Shown here piece by piece: positions 11,650-25,450 of a stretch of DNA of 64,000 bases. Origin of the DNA: Amphiscolops sp. MND2022 (taxonomy: Eukaryota); NCBI GenBank assembly GCA_964187785.1, contig OZ076409.1, positions 29,574,001-29,638,000 on the forward strand. The letters run 5' to 3'. The notes beneath the pieces are model-generated. The model was not told the DNA's origin. It did no database searches and saw only the letters and a list, made by a program, of their open reading frames with translations. Position 1 is the stretch's first letter. Every line of letters begins with the position of its first letter. The translations under genes and the position numbers were made by a program.

Positions 11650-12520
11650 CACTACAGTATATGGGAAGGTAAAAAACATCGTATAGATGGGGGTTGAAAA
11701 AGAGAACAAGGAGGGCAAAAATGAATGAATCTTTGTAAAGTGCTTGAGTTAAAACGACGAAAAAGAGTAGGTTTTACAAAAAAAACAGAGAAAATTGTCA
11801 CATTGAAGTTAATCAACTTCTTGAAGCGAGGTGAGGTTGGGAGATAGATCATTAAGAGAGTCACAACATTGGGGGCGTAAGAGGTTCAATTCGAAAAGGG
11901 ATGAGCGCTGGGGATGAAGAGGGGAAGGGAAATGAATAGGGATTACAAAATTTATGGGGTAGATGAGAACAGTTTTGTTGAGGGTAACAATCAAACTAAT
12001 TAGCGTTATTATGGGGTATTTGCACAGTTAATGGATGTAAGTTCGGAGGATTGTACTGAGGATATTCAAAAATGCGTATTTCAGAAGGGGTGTAAATAGA
12101 GTACCTAAAGTACTGCCATTTTTATTTATTTTATTAATTTTAATAATTAAAGTACTGACATTTTATTAATTTTAATAATTTTATCAATTTTATTAATTAA
12201 AGTACTGACATTTTTAATAATTTTATCTAATTCAGCAGCTTGTTCAGTCAGTAGTTGGTTGAAATAAAGTTCATACAATTTCACTGCATCATTATACTGA
12301 GTTAATTTTTGCAGAAGAAGAGGGCAACAGTGAAGAGATGGGCGGCATCGGGGCATGATGAATGGTCGTGGGGGGAGAAACAATTGCAGCGGATGTTGGA
12401 AGAGTGAATGTATACGAATGTGTTAAAGCATTGGGCAAATGAAGAGAATCCAACAGTTTGTTGAGATGTGGGTATGCTGTTGTGGAAGATGGGTATCGAG
12501 AAGATGGAGAAGAAGTCATG
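11650..12520 (-). pseudogene. Accessory ORF remnant 3' of env (family B), Ser/Pro-rich then coiled-coil-like
   Basis: Overlapping ORFs 12292-12519 and 12147-12383 (QKLTQYNDAVKLYELYFNQLLTEQAAELDKIIKN) and 11652-11994. Confidence 0.35.
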
Positions 12521-13419
12521 TTGAAATGGGCAGAAATGGAGACTGAAACAATTTTGTTATGAGTATTTGTAGAGATTTTTTTTATGTATGTGTGTCGAGT
12601 TTAAAATGTGTTCGTGTTCAAAGTGTTGTGGTTAAATTTATTGAAAAAAAACAATGTTGAAGATGTCTTGAGCAGAGGAGAGTGTTTTTAAAAGATCACA
12701 ACGTAGGTGATTTTTATTTGAAGAGTATGTAAACTTTGAAATGCCAATTTTTCAATGATTGTATAGACAGGCTTTCGACCGTACGGTAATCTGGCGGAGA
12801 TTCGATGAGTTTTTCACTAATCATAGGAAGCTTATGCAACTCTATACATGCCAATTAAAAACAAGCTTGGATGAGAAAGAAGTATCCAAGGAGCAAGTGA
12901 GTCTAGGACGATTTTCTCTTGAAATGAAAAAGAAACATTTGAAAGTGGGAAGATAATTTTTTTGTGAAAAAAACAAGGAAATTATGAATAGGAAGAAATC
13001 AATACTATTTTGCGTCTTTTGTAAAAAGCGAGTAATTGGAGGCTTTTGTTGAAAAGTGACAGTTTTAAAGAGTAGAACAATAAGACGATAAGAAAACGAT
13101 CAAAAATCTGTCAAATGTGAAAAGTGATCAAGATAGTTTTATTCGAGGCCTGATTGAGGCTTGTCGGTTAGACAATAAGAGAAATGATAAACTTGGAATT
13201 TGAAAGAAGAGAAAGGTGAATCAAACAAACAAATGGAGAGAAGAAAATCTGTCAAAATGAATTGAAAAGAGGAGATTTTTGAAAAAGGGAAAACTGTAAG
13301 TGGAAACAAAAAAAAATTATTCAAAAAGTTTTTTGAACACTGTTTGCGTAAATGTACCTAAAGGTGGATGAGTGAGAAATGAAATGTAAAAATTTGAAAG
13401 AGAGTGAAGGTTAAAGATG

Positions 13420-15063
13420 AATTAGGAAGAGACAGTGACTGTAGGAGTTTGAAGGAGAGCAATTTTTGTAAGGAAATCATTGACATGGATAGTAGAAAGA
13501 GTGAGGGATTGAACATAATTATTATGGAGATGAACAAGATTTTGAATAGTGCGATAGGTGTCAAAAATAAGTCTGAGGACTACAAAAGGATCAGTATTAG
13601 GGGAAGGTTCAAAATGTGGGCCAAAGAGGGTCAGGATTTCAGTTACAAACTTGTCAGTGGGACAGGAGAAGGAGTTGACGCAAACGTTGGGGTTGACAGT
13701 TTGAAGAACATAGGATGAGGGAATCGGTGGTACTATAGCAGTAGGAGGAGCATTTGAAGAGTCATTAGAGGAAGGGGTGTGTTTTGGAAGATCATTCTGA
13801 ATTTCCTCAGTTGTATTTTGCGTGAAGGGAAAATATTTATACTGTTTTTGAAGGAAGAGAGTTTAGCAATAATAAAGTTTAGTTGGGCAATGGAGTAATG
13901 TGTGCGATGTGTAACGAGAGCGAGAATGATGATCAAGAGGAGTTTCAACTAATTTAGACATTTTTCGAAAGAAGTTCGTGACATTAGTGGGTATGTGTGT
14001 AGGTAAGAGAAAATCATCCTTGAGATTGAGTGCTTCCTGGAGAACGAAAAGTGGACGAGTGGGGCCATGATGAGGAGAAAAGATGTAATATTGTTTGATT
14101 GGATCGTAGTTGCAGATTGTTCCAATAGTAAAGAGGTGGTTTATAGAGAAATGGGAACGATCAGAGAATAAAGAGGTGAACTTGTAGTTTTGAAAAATGA
14201 AATTTTGGGGTGTTTTTGTTGAAGAAAAAATTTATAGGTTTGATGGTGAAGTTTTTCGACGGAAGGAACAGTGGTAATTTTGTTGGCATTAGTGTTAAGA
14301 TCATGCTGTGTAGGTTTGAGAAGGTTAATTTGGAATTGGAAGAAACGAAGACGTTTATTTTGCCAGAAGGAGAGTTGTTCAAGATTTTTGGAGGCGTATG
14401 CAAAATAATATACAAAAACTCGATCTTGTGGGAGGAGAAATTTAGAAGTGGTAGGAGTCATATGAAGAGAAGGGAAATTTGCTTCAAAAAAGGGGTGAGT
14501 GCGATGACTTTCGTCAGTCAATGTATTGGATTGAGAAGGATTTTTTTGTGGATTTAAAACAGGAGGAAGAATACCAGCGTCAATTTAAACAGGATCTTCG
14601 AGTATATTATATTTTTTCCTGGTGGGAACGGTATAAGTGGCATTGTCAATAGGTATTTGGAGTATTTTAGGTGGAGCAATAGGTGACTGACGAATTTTAA
14701 GAGAAGCAAAGGTGGGTTGAATATTACAATTGAAGTATTGGAAGAGCAAGGTTTAATGTCAATGAAGGGTTCAGGAGTTGTGATGACCTCGATATCGATC
14801 GGGTCAGAAGATTGAGGGAGGTCAAAAGTACCAGATTTGGGAGACAAGGGAGGAGATAGTGAAGCAATACTAGAGAGGAGTCCTTCTTCACAAACTGAGG
14901 AAGACATTTTGAGACGTGATATTAAAATATGAACGAGAATGTACGAAATAGAGGTTTGTAATAGGCAAAGATATAATATTGAGTAGAAAAGTGCGTTGTG
15001 TGGAGAACGTGGTGTGAAATGCAGAAAGTAGTTTATGGAGAGATTACAGATACAGCAAGACAA
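13420..15063 (-). pseudogene. Accessory ORF remnant 3' of env (family B), unknown product
   Basis: Frames can be chained: 14554-15063, then 14141-14521 (DRVFVYYFAYASKNLEQLSFWQNK), then YKPPLYYWNNLQ, then an approximately 180-codon frame with one stop (MSKLVETPLDHH...FVTEILTLFGPHF...FVVLRLIFDTYRTIQ). Confidence 0.45.
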
Positions 15064-15639
15064 AGTGATTGTAGAAAGATTTTTGATGGGTGACGGAAAA
15101 TTGTTTTTTTTTTTAAAACAAAAGTAGAGATTCGGAACAAACGACTGTTCGATGAGAAGAAAAAGGGAATGAATGTTGGAATAAGAAAAAAACGGGGAAA
15201 ATGATTCAGGGGGGAAAGCTACATGATGAATAAATTGTAGAGGGGCTTTCTGATGGAATGAATATACAATTAACAGAGGTTAATGGGATGTCATTACAAT
15301 TCATAGGTGGTTGAGTAGGAGGACAAATTTTAGTTGATTGCCATACATTGTGAACAGGGGAATTATTAGAGGAGTTGTCAATATTGGTATTTTCAGGAAG
15401 TATGGAATTATGTAATTAGGAAAGAGAAAACGAAGATGGTATTAGGGAGTGTCGAAGTGAAAAATTATTAGGTGGATTAGTATGTAATATATAATTAGGA
15501 GGAGGAGGAGGTGAAGTATTGTCAGTTAATGGAGCAGTGATAAAAGGAGGATATGGTGAAGAATTATTAGGGAAGGAGGATTTTTTAGGCCATGACTTTT
15601 TGATTGGTGATGTGTGCATGGTATTTTTATTTTTAAGAT

Positions 15640-17900
15640 TTAAAAATTTAAAAGGTTAGATTTGATAGGTTTGTATTTATGAGATTTCGTATTTTTGTTT
15701 TTAGTTTCTTGGTGTGAAGGGGACACAGTGTCAGAATCTTCAGAGAATCGGGGCTAGAACCAGGTGTTTTTATCATAGCAGTCATCATCGGTTTGGTTAC
15801 AGTTCCAAAAAAGGTTAAAAATCCATAACCAAAAATAGAAACAAGAGAGATTTGTTTTTTAAAGAATTTTCCTAACAGAAAAGAAGCGATATAAACTAAG
15901 GAATGTGTTGAAAACAAACTAAAAAAAGAGCAGTGGAAAAACTAAGTTCTTATTGAGTTGAAATATAGCATGGGTAGCCAAAGAGTTTAATTAAAGCATC
16001 GATGACCCATTCAGGTGAAAAGAAAGGAGTCATATTTAACATATAGTCATGGAGACCAGTTCGGAGTTATTTATAAGGATGATTTGAGAGAATCTTAGAA
16101 GATTGTTTACTCATTAATTCACAACTAATAGCTTTACCTGAAAATTGTAGAGTACTGTCGGAGTGTTTTCTAAAAAAGAGTAAATGCCTGCATCTTGGGC
16201 AGTAAAGGTGTTTGGGCTAATAGCAGTTCGAAATTGAGTTGGTTCAAACAATAAAAGAGGGTCTGCTTCAATAGGTTGTGGATTAAGACATAATATTGAC
16301 CAGTATCAGGGTCGAGAGCAATAACAATTTGTGGGCTGTTTTCACATGGAATTTGATTTGCATAATTAAATGGGTGACGTTTAATTGGGTCAACATACAT
16401 GCTAGTGTCAAGATAAGAGACGGGGACTTTATCATAACATTGTTGAGCTATATTTATAGGAGAGAGGTGGCGAGGACAATCATTGAGTCAGGCAGTAGAA
16501 CCTTCACCATATAAGAAGTTACTACGATTTTGGGTAATGAGAAAACCAGCAAGTTGTGAATTTTTAACAGAAACGGCGAGGACGGTTAAAAGTAGGGTTT
16601 TTTCAACTTCACAATAATGTGAAGAGCATTCAGTTCGGCAACGGACATTGTTTTAAAGAATTGATTAATGAAAAAAGCAATTTTAGTGTTTATCTGAGCT
16701 TCATAATCAATAGTTGCGAAATTATTAGAGGAGTTTAGGGCAGGAAAGAAGATTTTATTCTGAGTATGTACGAGTTTACCAAAGATGAGTTGAGTAGAGA
16801 GTTTGGTATATTGTTCATCTTCAAGGAGTTGAAGAGGATTGAATTTACCAGTATGCATGTTGAATCCTTCTTCATATGTAACGAAGAGGTCAAAATAGTG
16901 GGTAGTTCATAATGGTGTGGGTTTATTGCAAAACATTTTACTTTCGGGGTAAATGTCAAAATGAGACGAACGTTTTCAAAACGAAAGGAGACGATTTGAG
17001 GCGAGTTTGAGATTTAGAGTCATGGTAAGGAGTTTCAGGTAAAATATGAGATTTGTTATTGTTTAGGAAGTATTCAGTTTCAAGCCAACAACGGTTGTTC
17101 AATTTAGACATACGTCCAATAAAGGAGTGGATGGAGAAAATTGAACAAAGATCTTCGGGGAATCAACAATTGTCACTGGGGTTAAAACGGTAAGTTTGCA
17201 AAAACCATCATCATGGAGGCAAAGTAAGGTATGACCTTGATAGATTATTTTGTTATCTTTATCATCCTTTGTTAACTCAATTTCACGAACTAATAAAGAC
17301 CAACTGTCTTTTTTGATTGAATATTCATTGCGATCCCAACAAACAGCTTTTTCTTCAAGAGTGGAATTTAAAACAAGTTGAGAGTTAGTTATTCAAGCAA
17401 AAGCACCATAGTGAAGTGTGTTAAGTTTAGTTATTCTTAAATGGGGTTGTTTAGTTTCAAGAAGGCATTGTTTTTGAATATCATCAAAGAAGGTAAAGGA
17501 GTTGCTGTAATCAAAAGCATTTAGGTGAGGGTTTTCAGTACTATTTAGATGACGGATAGCATGTTTGCATTCCGTGGGGTCTAAAGAACGACGGCGTTCC
17601 ATAGTATTTTGGTGGTAATCAGTACGATCGTACAACTATGGCGGCATTATTTGTAATGAGATTGTGCTCAAACAAACTTTTCACGTTTAACATAAGCTCC
17701 ATAAATCTAAGCTTTGAGGCGTTTAGTTTTAGCGCGGACAAAAACGTTAGCAAAAACACGAGTGCTTACAAATGCTGAAGGGGCTTGAGCACAAGGTTGT
17801 ACTCAGGTTAAACTAAACTGACGGAGGAAAGTTAGAACAATCATAGTGAGATATTAAGAGGTCAGAGCTTGAGGATCAATAGGGTCTACTATAGCAGTAG
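15640..17900 (-). pseudogene. Envelope-like glycoprotein resembling class III viral fusogens (chuvirus G / herpesvirus gB type), disrupted
   Basis: Cys-rich ectodomain (QPCAQAPS...; ECKHAIRHLN; CEVEKTLLLTVLAVSVKNSQLAGFL...DCPRHL...CYDKVPV...YVDP...QIPCEN) and a hydrophobic C-terminal segment at 15800-15990, located after integrase. Confidence 0.65.
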
Positions 17901-18364
17901 AGTGGGGGAGTACTTGATAGGGGTCAAGTGAGAGAATGAGGAGAAAAAATTGATGAGGAGGAAATGGAAAACTGAGTGTTTGAAAGAAGAAGTCATGAAA
18001 GGAAACTAAAACTGAGCAGTATATTTGAGGAAGGCGAGTGTGTTTAAGAAAGTAGTGGATCCGTGAAGAAGACGGAATGGGGGATGATCACTTACAAAAA
18101 GGTTAAGCTTAGTGGCAATAAAAGGGAGAGGGGTAGATTTAAAATAGACAGTAGTATGAGAAAAGGGATAGCATGAGGACTTAAATTAGCAGTGATTTCA
18201 TATTGGGTTTCAAGGTTTGTAGTGTCCAACCGGTGAAATTCTTATTGACGACCTTCGTCAGAAATATATGTTTTTTTAGAGTTTTTACTAGAGTTTAGTT
18301 TATGAATGGCAAAGTATAAATATCGACGGTCTTGACGAGGACTAGTGGCAGGGAGTAGAGTAGT

Positions 18365-21300
18365 GGTTTTTTATCATCAGAGGCAGGAGAGTTAGATTGA
18401 ATATCTTGATACGATTCAGTATCAGGGTTATTGAGAAGAGAGGGTGTTGAATGATATTGACGGAGACATGGAAAAATATTAGGTTCTGAGAAGTGGGTCT
18501 AAAAAAGAGATGATCAGTATGACTAACAAAAGAAAGAGATGATCGTTGGGCAAAGGCAACGTCATCACCAGAGGAGGTGGGAATATTGGTATTAGAGTTG
18601 AGAGATTCAGAAGAATGCGATTGAGCGTGGTGTCTTGGTAAAGAAGAATTAGTGCTTGCAAGTGAAGGAGAGGGCGAAGGAGAAAAGGAGGGTTGTTGCG
18701 CAGATTATATATATGACGAGGTTATCTACGGAAAGTAGATTCAGAAAGGGAATCCAAAAGATTATCTAGGGAAGAAGTGGTGTGTTTAGAAGCTGAATTG
18801 GAAGGAGGAAGTAGAGGATAGAGAAGAGAAAAGGTAGTAGAATCAACGTCATTTGAAGAAAATTTTTCACTCAAGGTTTCTATAGGTTCAAGAACAGGAA
18901 TTTTGAAATGTTTAGGAGGGGGAAGACATGGTCCAAGTTGAGAGTGGGAGCAAGATTTAGGAAATTGAAAAGAAAGATCAAATTGAGAGTGCCTACGGCG
19001 GCTTTTGATGGAGGTAGGAATAAAAGTTTTTTTTAGGAGTATGAGGTTTGTTAATATTGCGGAGGAGTATGGGGTCAAAATCACTGAGATCAGGGATATG
19101 ACTAAAGGAACGAGGCGGAGAATGAGTCGGAGTGATATCGAATGGATCTAATGGGAATTCAGTATCAGAAAGAGAAATAATTAAAGATTTTTGAGTTTGA
19201 AGAGCAGAAGGATTGAATTGTGGAGTTTGAGTAGGAGTTTAAGTTTGTGGGGTATGAGTAGGAGTAGTGTTAGGGGAAGGAGTGATAATGATTGGATTTA
19301 AAGGAGGACGATTGAATATACGAGAAGGGGTTTGAGAAGAGTTAATGGTCTCGGTAGAGACCGAAGAGCAAACAGAGGAGCTTGAGTTGGTAGAACTAGA
19401 AGATAGAGTGAGAGAAGAATCCAGGATGGAGGAGGATTCTGATAGTAAAAATGATGATCAATGGGGTAGCTGAAGAGGTTTATATTTTGGTATGTTTAGA
19501 GAAAAACAGAATTCGAAAGAGTTGATGCAAAAGAAGAAATTGTATTAGCCTTATGTGTATCAACTGTTCAGTCGAAAGTTTTAGAACAAAATGAACAGAA
19601 AGGAGGTGAGAAAATGGCTAATGCAATTAGAGGTGTCGAACGTCAAGCTTAATTTGGTGGCCAGACAGAAAACAATGACAGGTCATTGAGTAGACGGGAT
19701 ACAATGACAGGTCTGACAAGTGATCCAATTAACGAAAGGGAGAATAAGTTCAAGGTGGGAAACTAATATTAGGGTTTTGAAGTGTTGTAATTGTTAGAAG
19801 GAAGCGAGCGTAAATTATACGGAGAATGAGGTGCTCGAATATGAGTGGGTGAAGTTTGAGTATCGGGGGAAGGCTTAAGTTTACATCCAGGCGAGTCTGC
19901 AACAAGAGGGAATGTTTTCGGAAAGGAAGTGGAATGATAAATGGAATTATAGAGCATTTTGGAGTCGGAGTCAGTAGAGTTTGAAAAATCAACAAAGTTA
20001 TCGTCTGAAAGGGAGAATGAGGAAGGTTTTGGTACGTAGAAGGAAAATGAGCATTTGGTTTGGTTAGAGCAATAGGTTTAATAGAACTGTGCGATTGAAA
20101 TTGTTCAAAAGGTTTTTTATCATCAGAGGCAGGAGAGTTAGATTGAATATCTTGATACGATTCAGTATCAGGGTTATTGAGAAGAGAGGGTGTTGAATGA
20201 TATTGACGGAGACATGGAAAAATATTAGGTTCTGAGAAGTGGGTTTAAAAAAGAGATGATCAGTATGACTAACAAAAGAAAGAGATGATCGTTGGGCAAA
20301 GGCAACGTCATCACCAGAGGAGGTGGGAATATTGGTATTAGAGTTGAGAGATTCAGAAGAATGCGATTGAGCGTGGTGTCTTGGTAAAGAAGAATTAGTG
20401 CTTGCAAGTGAAGGAGAGGGCGAAGGAGAAAAGGAGGGTTGTTGCGCAGATTATATATATGACGAGGTTATCTACGGAAAGTAGATTCAGAAAGGGAATC
20501 CAAAAGACTATCTAGGGAAGAAGTGGTGTGTTTAGAAGCTGAATTGGAAGGAGGAAGTAGAGGATAGAGAAGAGAAAAGGTAGTAGAATCAACGTCATTT
20601 GAAGAAATTTTTTCACTCAAGGTTTCAATAGGTTCAAGAACAGGAATTTTGAAGTGTTTAGGAGGGGGAAGACATGGTCCAGGTTGAGAGTGGGAGCAAG
20701 ATTTAGGAAATTGAAAAGAAGGATCAAATTGAGAGTGCCTACGGCGGCTTTTGATGGAGGTAGGAATAAAAGGTTTTTTAGGAGTATGAGGTTTGTTAAT
20801 ATTGCGGAGGAGTATGGGGTCAATATCACTGAGATCAGGGATATGACTAAAAGAACGAGGCGGAGAATGAGTCGGAGTGATATCGAATGGATCTAATGGG
20901 AATTCAGTATCAGAAAGAGAAATAATTAAAGATTTTTGAGTTTGAAGAGCAGAAGGATTGAATTGTGGAGTTTGAGTAGGAGTTTAAGTTTGTGGGGTAT
21001 GAGTAGGGGTAGTGTTAGGGGAAGGAGTGATAATGATTGGATTTAAAGGAGGACGATTGAATATACGAGAAGGGGTTTGAGAAGAGTTAATGGTCTCGGT
21101 AGAGACCGAAGAGCAAACAGAGGAGCTTGAGTTGGTAGAACTAGAAGATAGAGTGAGAGAAGAATCCAGGATGGAGGAGGATTCTGATAGTAAAAATGAT
21201 GATCAATGGGGTAGCTGAAGAGGTTTATATTTTGGTATGTTTAGAGAAAAACAGAATTCGAAAGAGTTGATGCAAAAGATGAAATTGTATTAGCCTTATG

Positions 21301-24300
21301 TGTATCAACTGTTCAGTCGAAAGTTTTAGAACAAAATGAACAGAAAGGAGGTGCGAAAATGGCTAATGCAATTAGAGGTGTCGAACGTCAAGCCTAATTT
21401 GGTGGCCAGACAGAAAGCAATGACAGGTCATTGAGTAGACGGGATACAATGACAGGTCTGACAAGTGATCCAATTAACGAAAGGGAGAATAAGTTCAAGG
21501 TGGGAAACTAGTATTAGGTTTTGAAGTGTTGTAATTGTTAGAAGGAAGCGAGCGTAAATAATACGGAGAATGAGGTGCTCGAATATGAGTGGGTGAAGTT
21601 TGAGTATCGGGGGAAGGCTTAAGTTTACATCCAGGCGAGTCTGCAACAAGAGGGAATGTTTTTGGAAAGGAAGTGGAATGATAAATGGAATTATAGAGCA
21701 TTTTGGAGTCGGAGTCAGTAGAGTTTGAAAAATCATCAAAGTTATCGTCTGAAAGGGAGAATGAGGAAGGTTTTGGTACGTAGAAGGAAAATGAGCATTA
21801 GGTTTGGTTAGAGCAATGGGTTTAATAGAACTGTGCGATTGAATTATTCAAAAGGTTTTTTATCATCAGAGGCAGGAGAGTTAGATAGTATATCTTGATA
21901 CGATTCAGTATCAGGGTTATTGAGAAGAGAGGGTGTTGAATGATATTGACGAAGACAAGGAAAAATATTAGGTTCTGAGAAGTGGGTCTAGAAAAGAGAT
22001 GATCAGTATGACTAACAAAAGAAAGAGATGATCGTTGGGCAAAGGCAACGTCATCACCAGAGGAGGTGGGAATATTGGTATTAGAATTGAGAGATTCAGA
22101 AGAATGCGATTGAGCGTGGTGTCTTGGTAAAGAAGAATTAGTGCTTGCAAGTGAAGGAGAGGGCGAAGGAGAAAAGGAGGGTTGTTGCGCAGATTATATA
22201 TTTGACGAGGTTATCTACGGAAAGTAGATTCAGAAAGGGAATCCAAAAGATTATCTAGGGAAGAAGTGGTGTGTTTAGAAGCTGAATTGGAAGGAGGAAA
22301 TAGAGGATAGAGAAGAGAAAAGGTAGTAGAATCAACGTCATTTGAAGAAAATTTTTCACTCAAGGTTTCAATAGGTTCAAGAACAGGAATTTTGAAATGT
22401 TTAGGAGGGGGAAGACATGGTCCAGGTTGAGAGTGGGAGCAAGATTTAGGAAAATGAAAAGAAGGATCAAATTGAGAGTGCCTACGGCGGCTTTTGATGG
22501 AGGTAGGAATAAAAGGTTTTTTAGGAGTATGAGGTTTGTTAATATTGCGGAGGAGTATGGGGTCAATATCATTGAGATCAGGGATATGACTAAAGGAACG
22601 AGGCGGAGAATGAGTCGGAGTGATATTGAATGGATCTAATGGGAATTCAGCATCAGAAAGAGAAATAATTAAAGATTTTTGAGTTTGAAGAGCAGAATGA
22701 TTGAATTGCGGAGTTTGAGTAGGAGTTTAAGTTCGTGGGGTATGAGTAGTGGTAGTGTTAGGGGAAGGCGTGATAATGATTGGATTTAAAGGAGGACGAT
22801 TGAATATACGAGAAGGGGTTTGAGAAGAGTTAATGGTCTCGGTAGAGACCGAAGAGCAAACAGAGGAGCTTGAGTTGGTAGAACTAGAGTGAGAGAAGAA
22901 TCCAGGATGGAGGAGGATTCTGATAGTAAAAATGATGATCAATGGGGTAGCTGAAGAGGTTTATATTTTGGTATGTTTAGAGAAAAACAGAATTCGAAAG
23001 AGTTGATGCAAAAGATGAAATTGTATTACCCCTATGTGTATCAACTGTTCAGTCGAAAGTTTTAGAACAAATTGAACAGAAAGGAAGTGAGAAAATGGCT
23101 AATGCAATTAGAGGTGTCGAACGTCAAGCCTAATTTGGTGGCCAGACAGAAAACAATGACAGGTCATTGAGTAGACGGGATACAATGACAGGTCTGACAA
23201 GTGATCCAATTAACGAAAGGGAGAATAAGTTCAAGGTGGGAAACTAATATTAGGTTTTGAAGTGTTGTAATTGTTAGAAGGAAGCGAGCGTAAATAATAC
23301 GGAGAATGAGGTGCTCGAATATGAGTGGGTGAAGTTTGAGTATCGGGGGAAGGCTTAAGTTTACATCCAGGCGAGTCTGCAACAAGAGGGAATGTTTTTG
23401 GAAAGGAAGTGGAATGATAAATGGAATTATAGAGCATTTTGGAGTCGGAGTCAGTAGAGTTTGAAAAATCATCAAAGTTATCGTCTGAAAGGGAGAATGA
23501 GGAAGGTTTTGGTACGTAGAAGGAAAATGAGCATTTGGTTTGGTTAGAGCAATGGGTTTAATAGAACTGTGCGATTGAAATTATTCAAAAGGTTTTTTAT
23601 CATCAGAGGCAGGAGAGTTAGATAGTATATCTTGATACGATTCAGTATCAGGGTTATTGAGAAGAGAGGGTGTTGAATGATATTGACGAAGACATGGAAA
23701 AATATTAGGTTCTGAGAAGTGGGTCTAGAAAAGAGATGATCAGTATGACTAACAAAAGAAAGAGATGATCGTTGGGCAAAGGCAACGTCATCACCAGAGG
23801 AGGTGGGAATATTGGTATTAGAATTGAGAGATTCAGAAGAATGCGATTGAGCGTGGTGTCTTGGTAAAGAAGAATTAGTGCTTGCAAGTGAAGGAGAGGG
23901 CGAAGGAGAAAAGGAGGGTTGTTGCGCAGATTATATATTTGACGAGGTTATCTACGGAAAGTAGATTCAGAAAGGGAATCCAAAAGATTATCTAGGGAAG
24001 AAGTTGTGTGTTTAGAAGCTGAATTGGAAGGAGGAAATAGAGGATAGAGAAGAGAAAAGGTAGTAGAATCAACGTCATTTGAAGAAAATTTTTCACTCAA
24101 GGTTTCAATAGGTTCAAGAACAGGAATTTTGAAATGTTTAGGAGGGGGAAGACATGGTCCAGGTTGAGAGTGGGAGCAAGATTTAGGAAAATGAAAAGAA
24201 GGATCAAATTGAGAGTGCCTACGGCGGCTTTTGATGGAGGTAGGAATAAAAGGTTTTTTAGGAGTATGAGGTTTGTTAATATTGCGGAGGAGTATGGGGT

Positions 24301-25450
24301 CAATATCACTGAGATCAGGGATATGACTAAAGGAACGAGGCGGAGAATGAGTCGGAGTGATATTGAATGGATCTAATGGGAATTCAGCATCAGAAAGAGA
24401 AATAATTAAAGATTTTTGAGTTTGAAGAGCAGAATGATTGAATTGCGGAGTTTGAGTAGGAGTTTAAGTTCGTGGGGTATGAGTAGTGGTAGTGTTAGGG
24501 GAAGGAGTGATAATGATTGGATTTAAAGGAGGACGATTGAATATACGAGAAGGGGTTTGAGAAGAGTTAATGGTCTCGGTAGAGACCGAAGAGCAAACAG
24601 AGGAGCTTGAGTTGGTAGAACTAGAGTGAGAGAAGAATCCAGGATGGAGGAGGATTCTGATAGTAAAAATGATGATCAATGGGGTAGCTGAAGAGGTTTA
24701 TATTTTGGTATGTTTAGAGAAAAACAGAATTCGAAAGAGTTGATGCAAAAGATGAAATTGTATTACCCCTATGTGTATCAACTGTTCAGTCGAAAGTTTT
24801 AGAACAAATTGAACAGAAAGGAAGTGAGAAAATGGCTAATGCAATTAGAGGTGTCGAACGTCAAGCCTAATTTGGTGGCCAGACAGAAAACAATGACAGG
24901 TCATTGAGTAGACGGGATACAATGACAGGTCTGACAAGTGATCCAATTAACGAAAGGGAGAATAAGTTCAAGGTGGGAAACTAATATTAGGTTTTGAAGT
25001 GTTGTAATTGTTAGAAGGAAGCGAGCGTAAATTATACGGAGAATGAGGTGCTCGAATATGAGTGGGTGAAGTTTGAGTATCGGGGGAAGGCTTAAGTTTA
25101 CATCCAGGCGAGTCTGCAACAAGAGGGAATGTTTTTGGAAAGGAAGTGGAATGATAAATGGAATTATAGAGCATTTTGGAGTCGGAGTCAGTAGAGTTTG
25201 AAAAATCATCAAAGTTATCGTCTGAAAGGGAGAATGAGGAAGGTTTTGGTACGTAGAAGGAAAATGAGCATTTGGTTTGGTTAGAGCAATGGGTTTAATA
25301 GAACTGTGCGATTGAAATTATTCAAAAGGTTTTTTATCATCAGAGGCAGGCGAGTTAGATTGAATATCTTGATACGATTCAGTATCAGGGATATTAAGAA
25401 GAGAGAGTGTTGAATGATATTGACGGAGACATGGAAAAATATTAGGTTCT
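18365..25450. repeat. Tandem array of four 1.74-kb units plus a 120-bp partial unit, covering the integrase tail and env leader
   Basis: The same ORFs recur at 18479, 20225, 21968 and 23705 (periods 1746, 1743, 1737). Confidence 0.95.
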
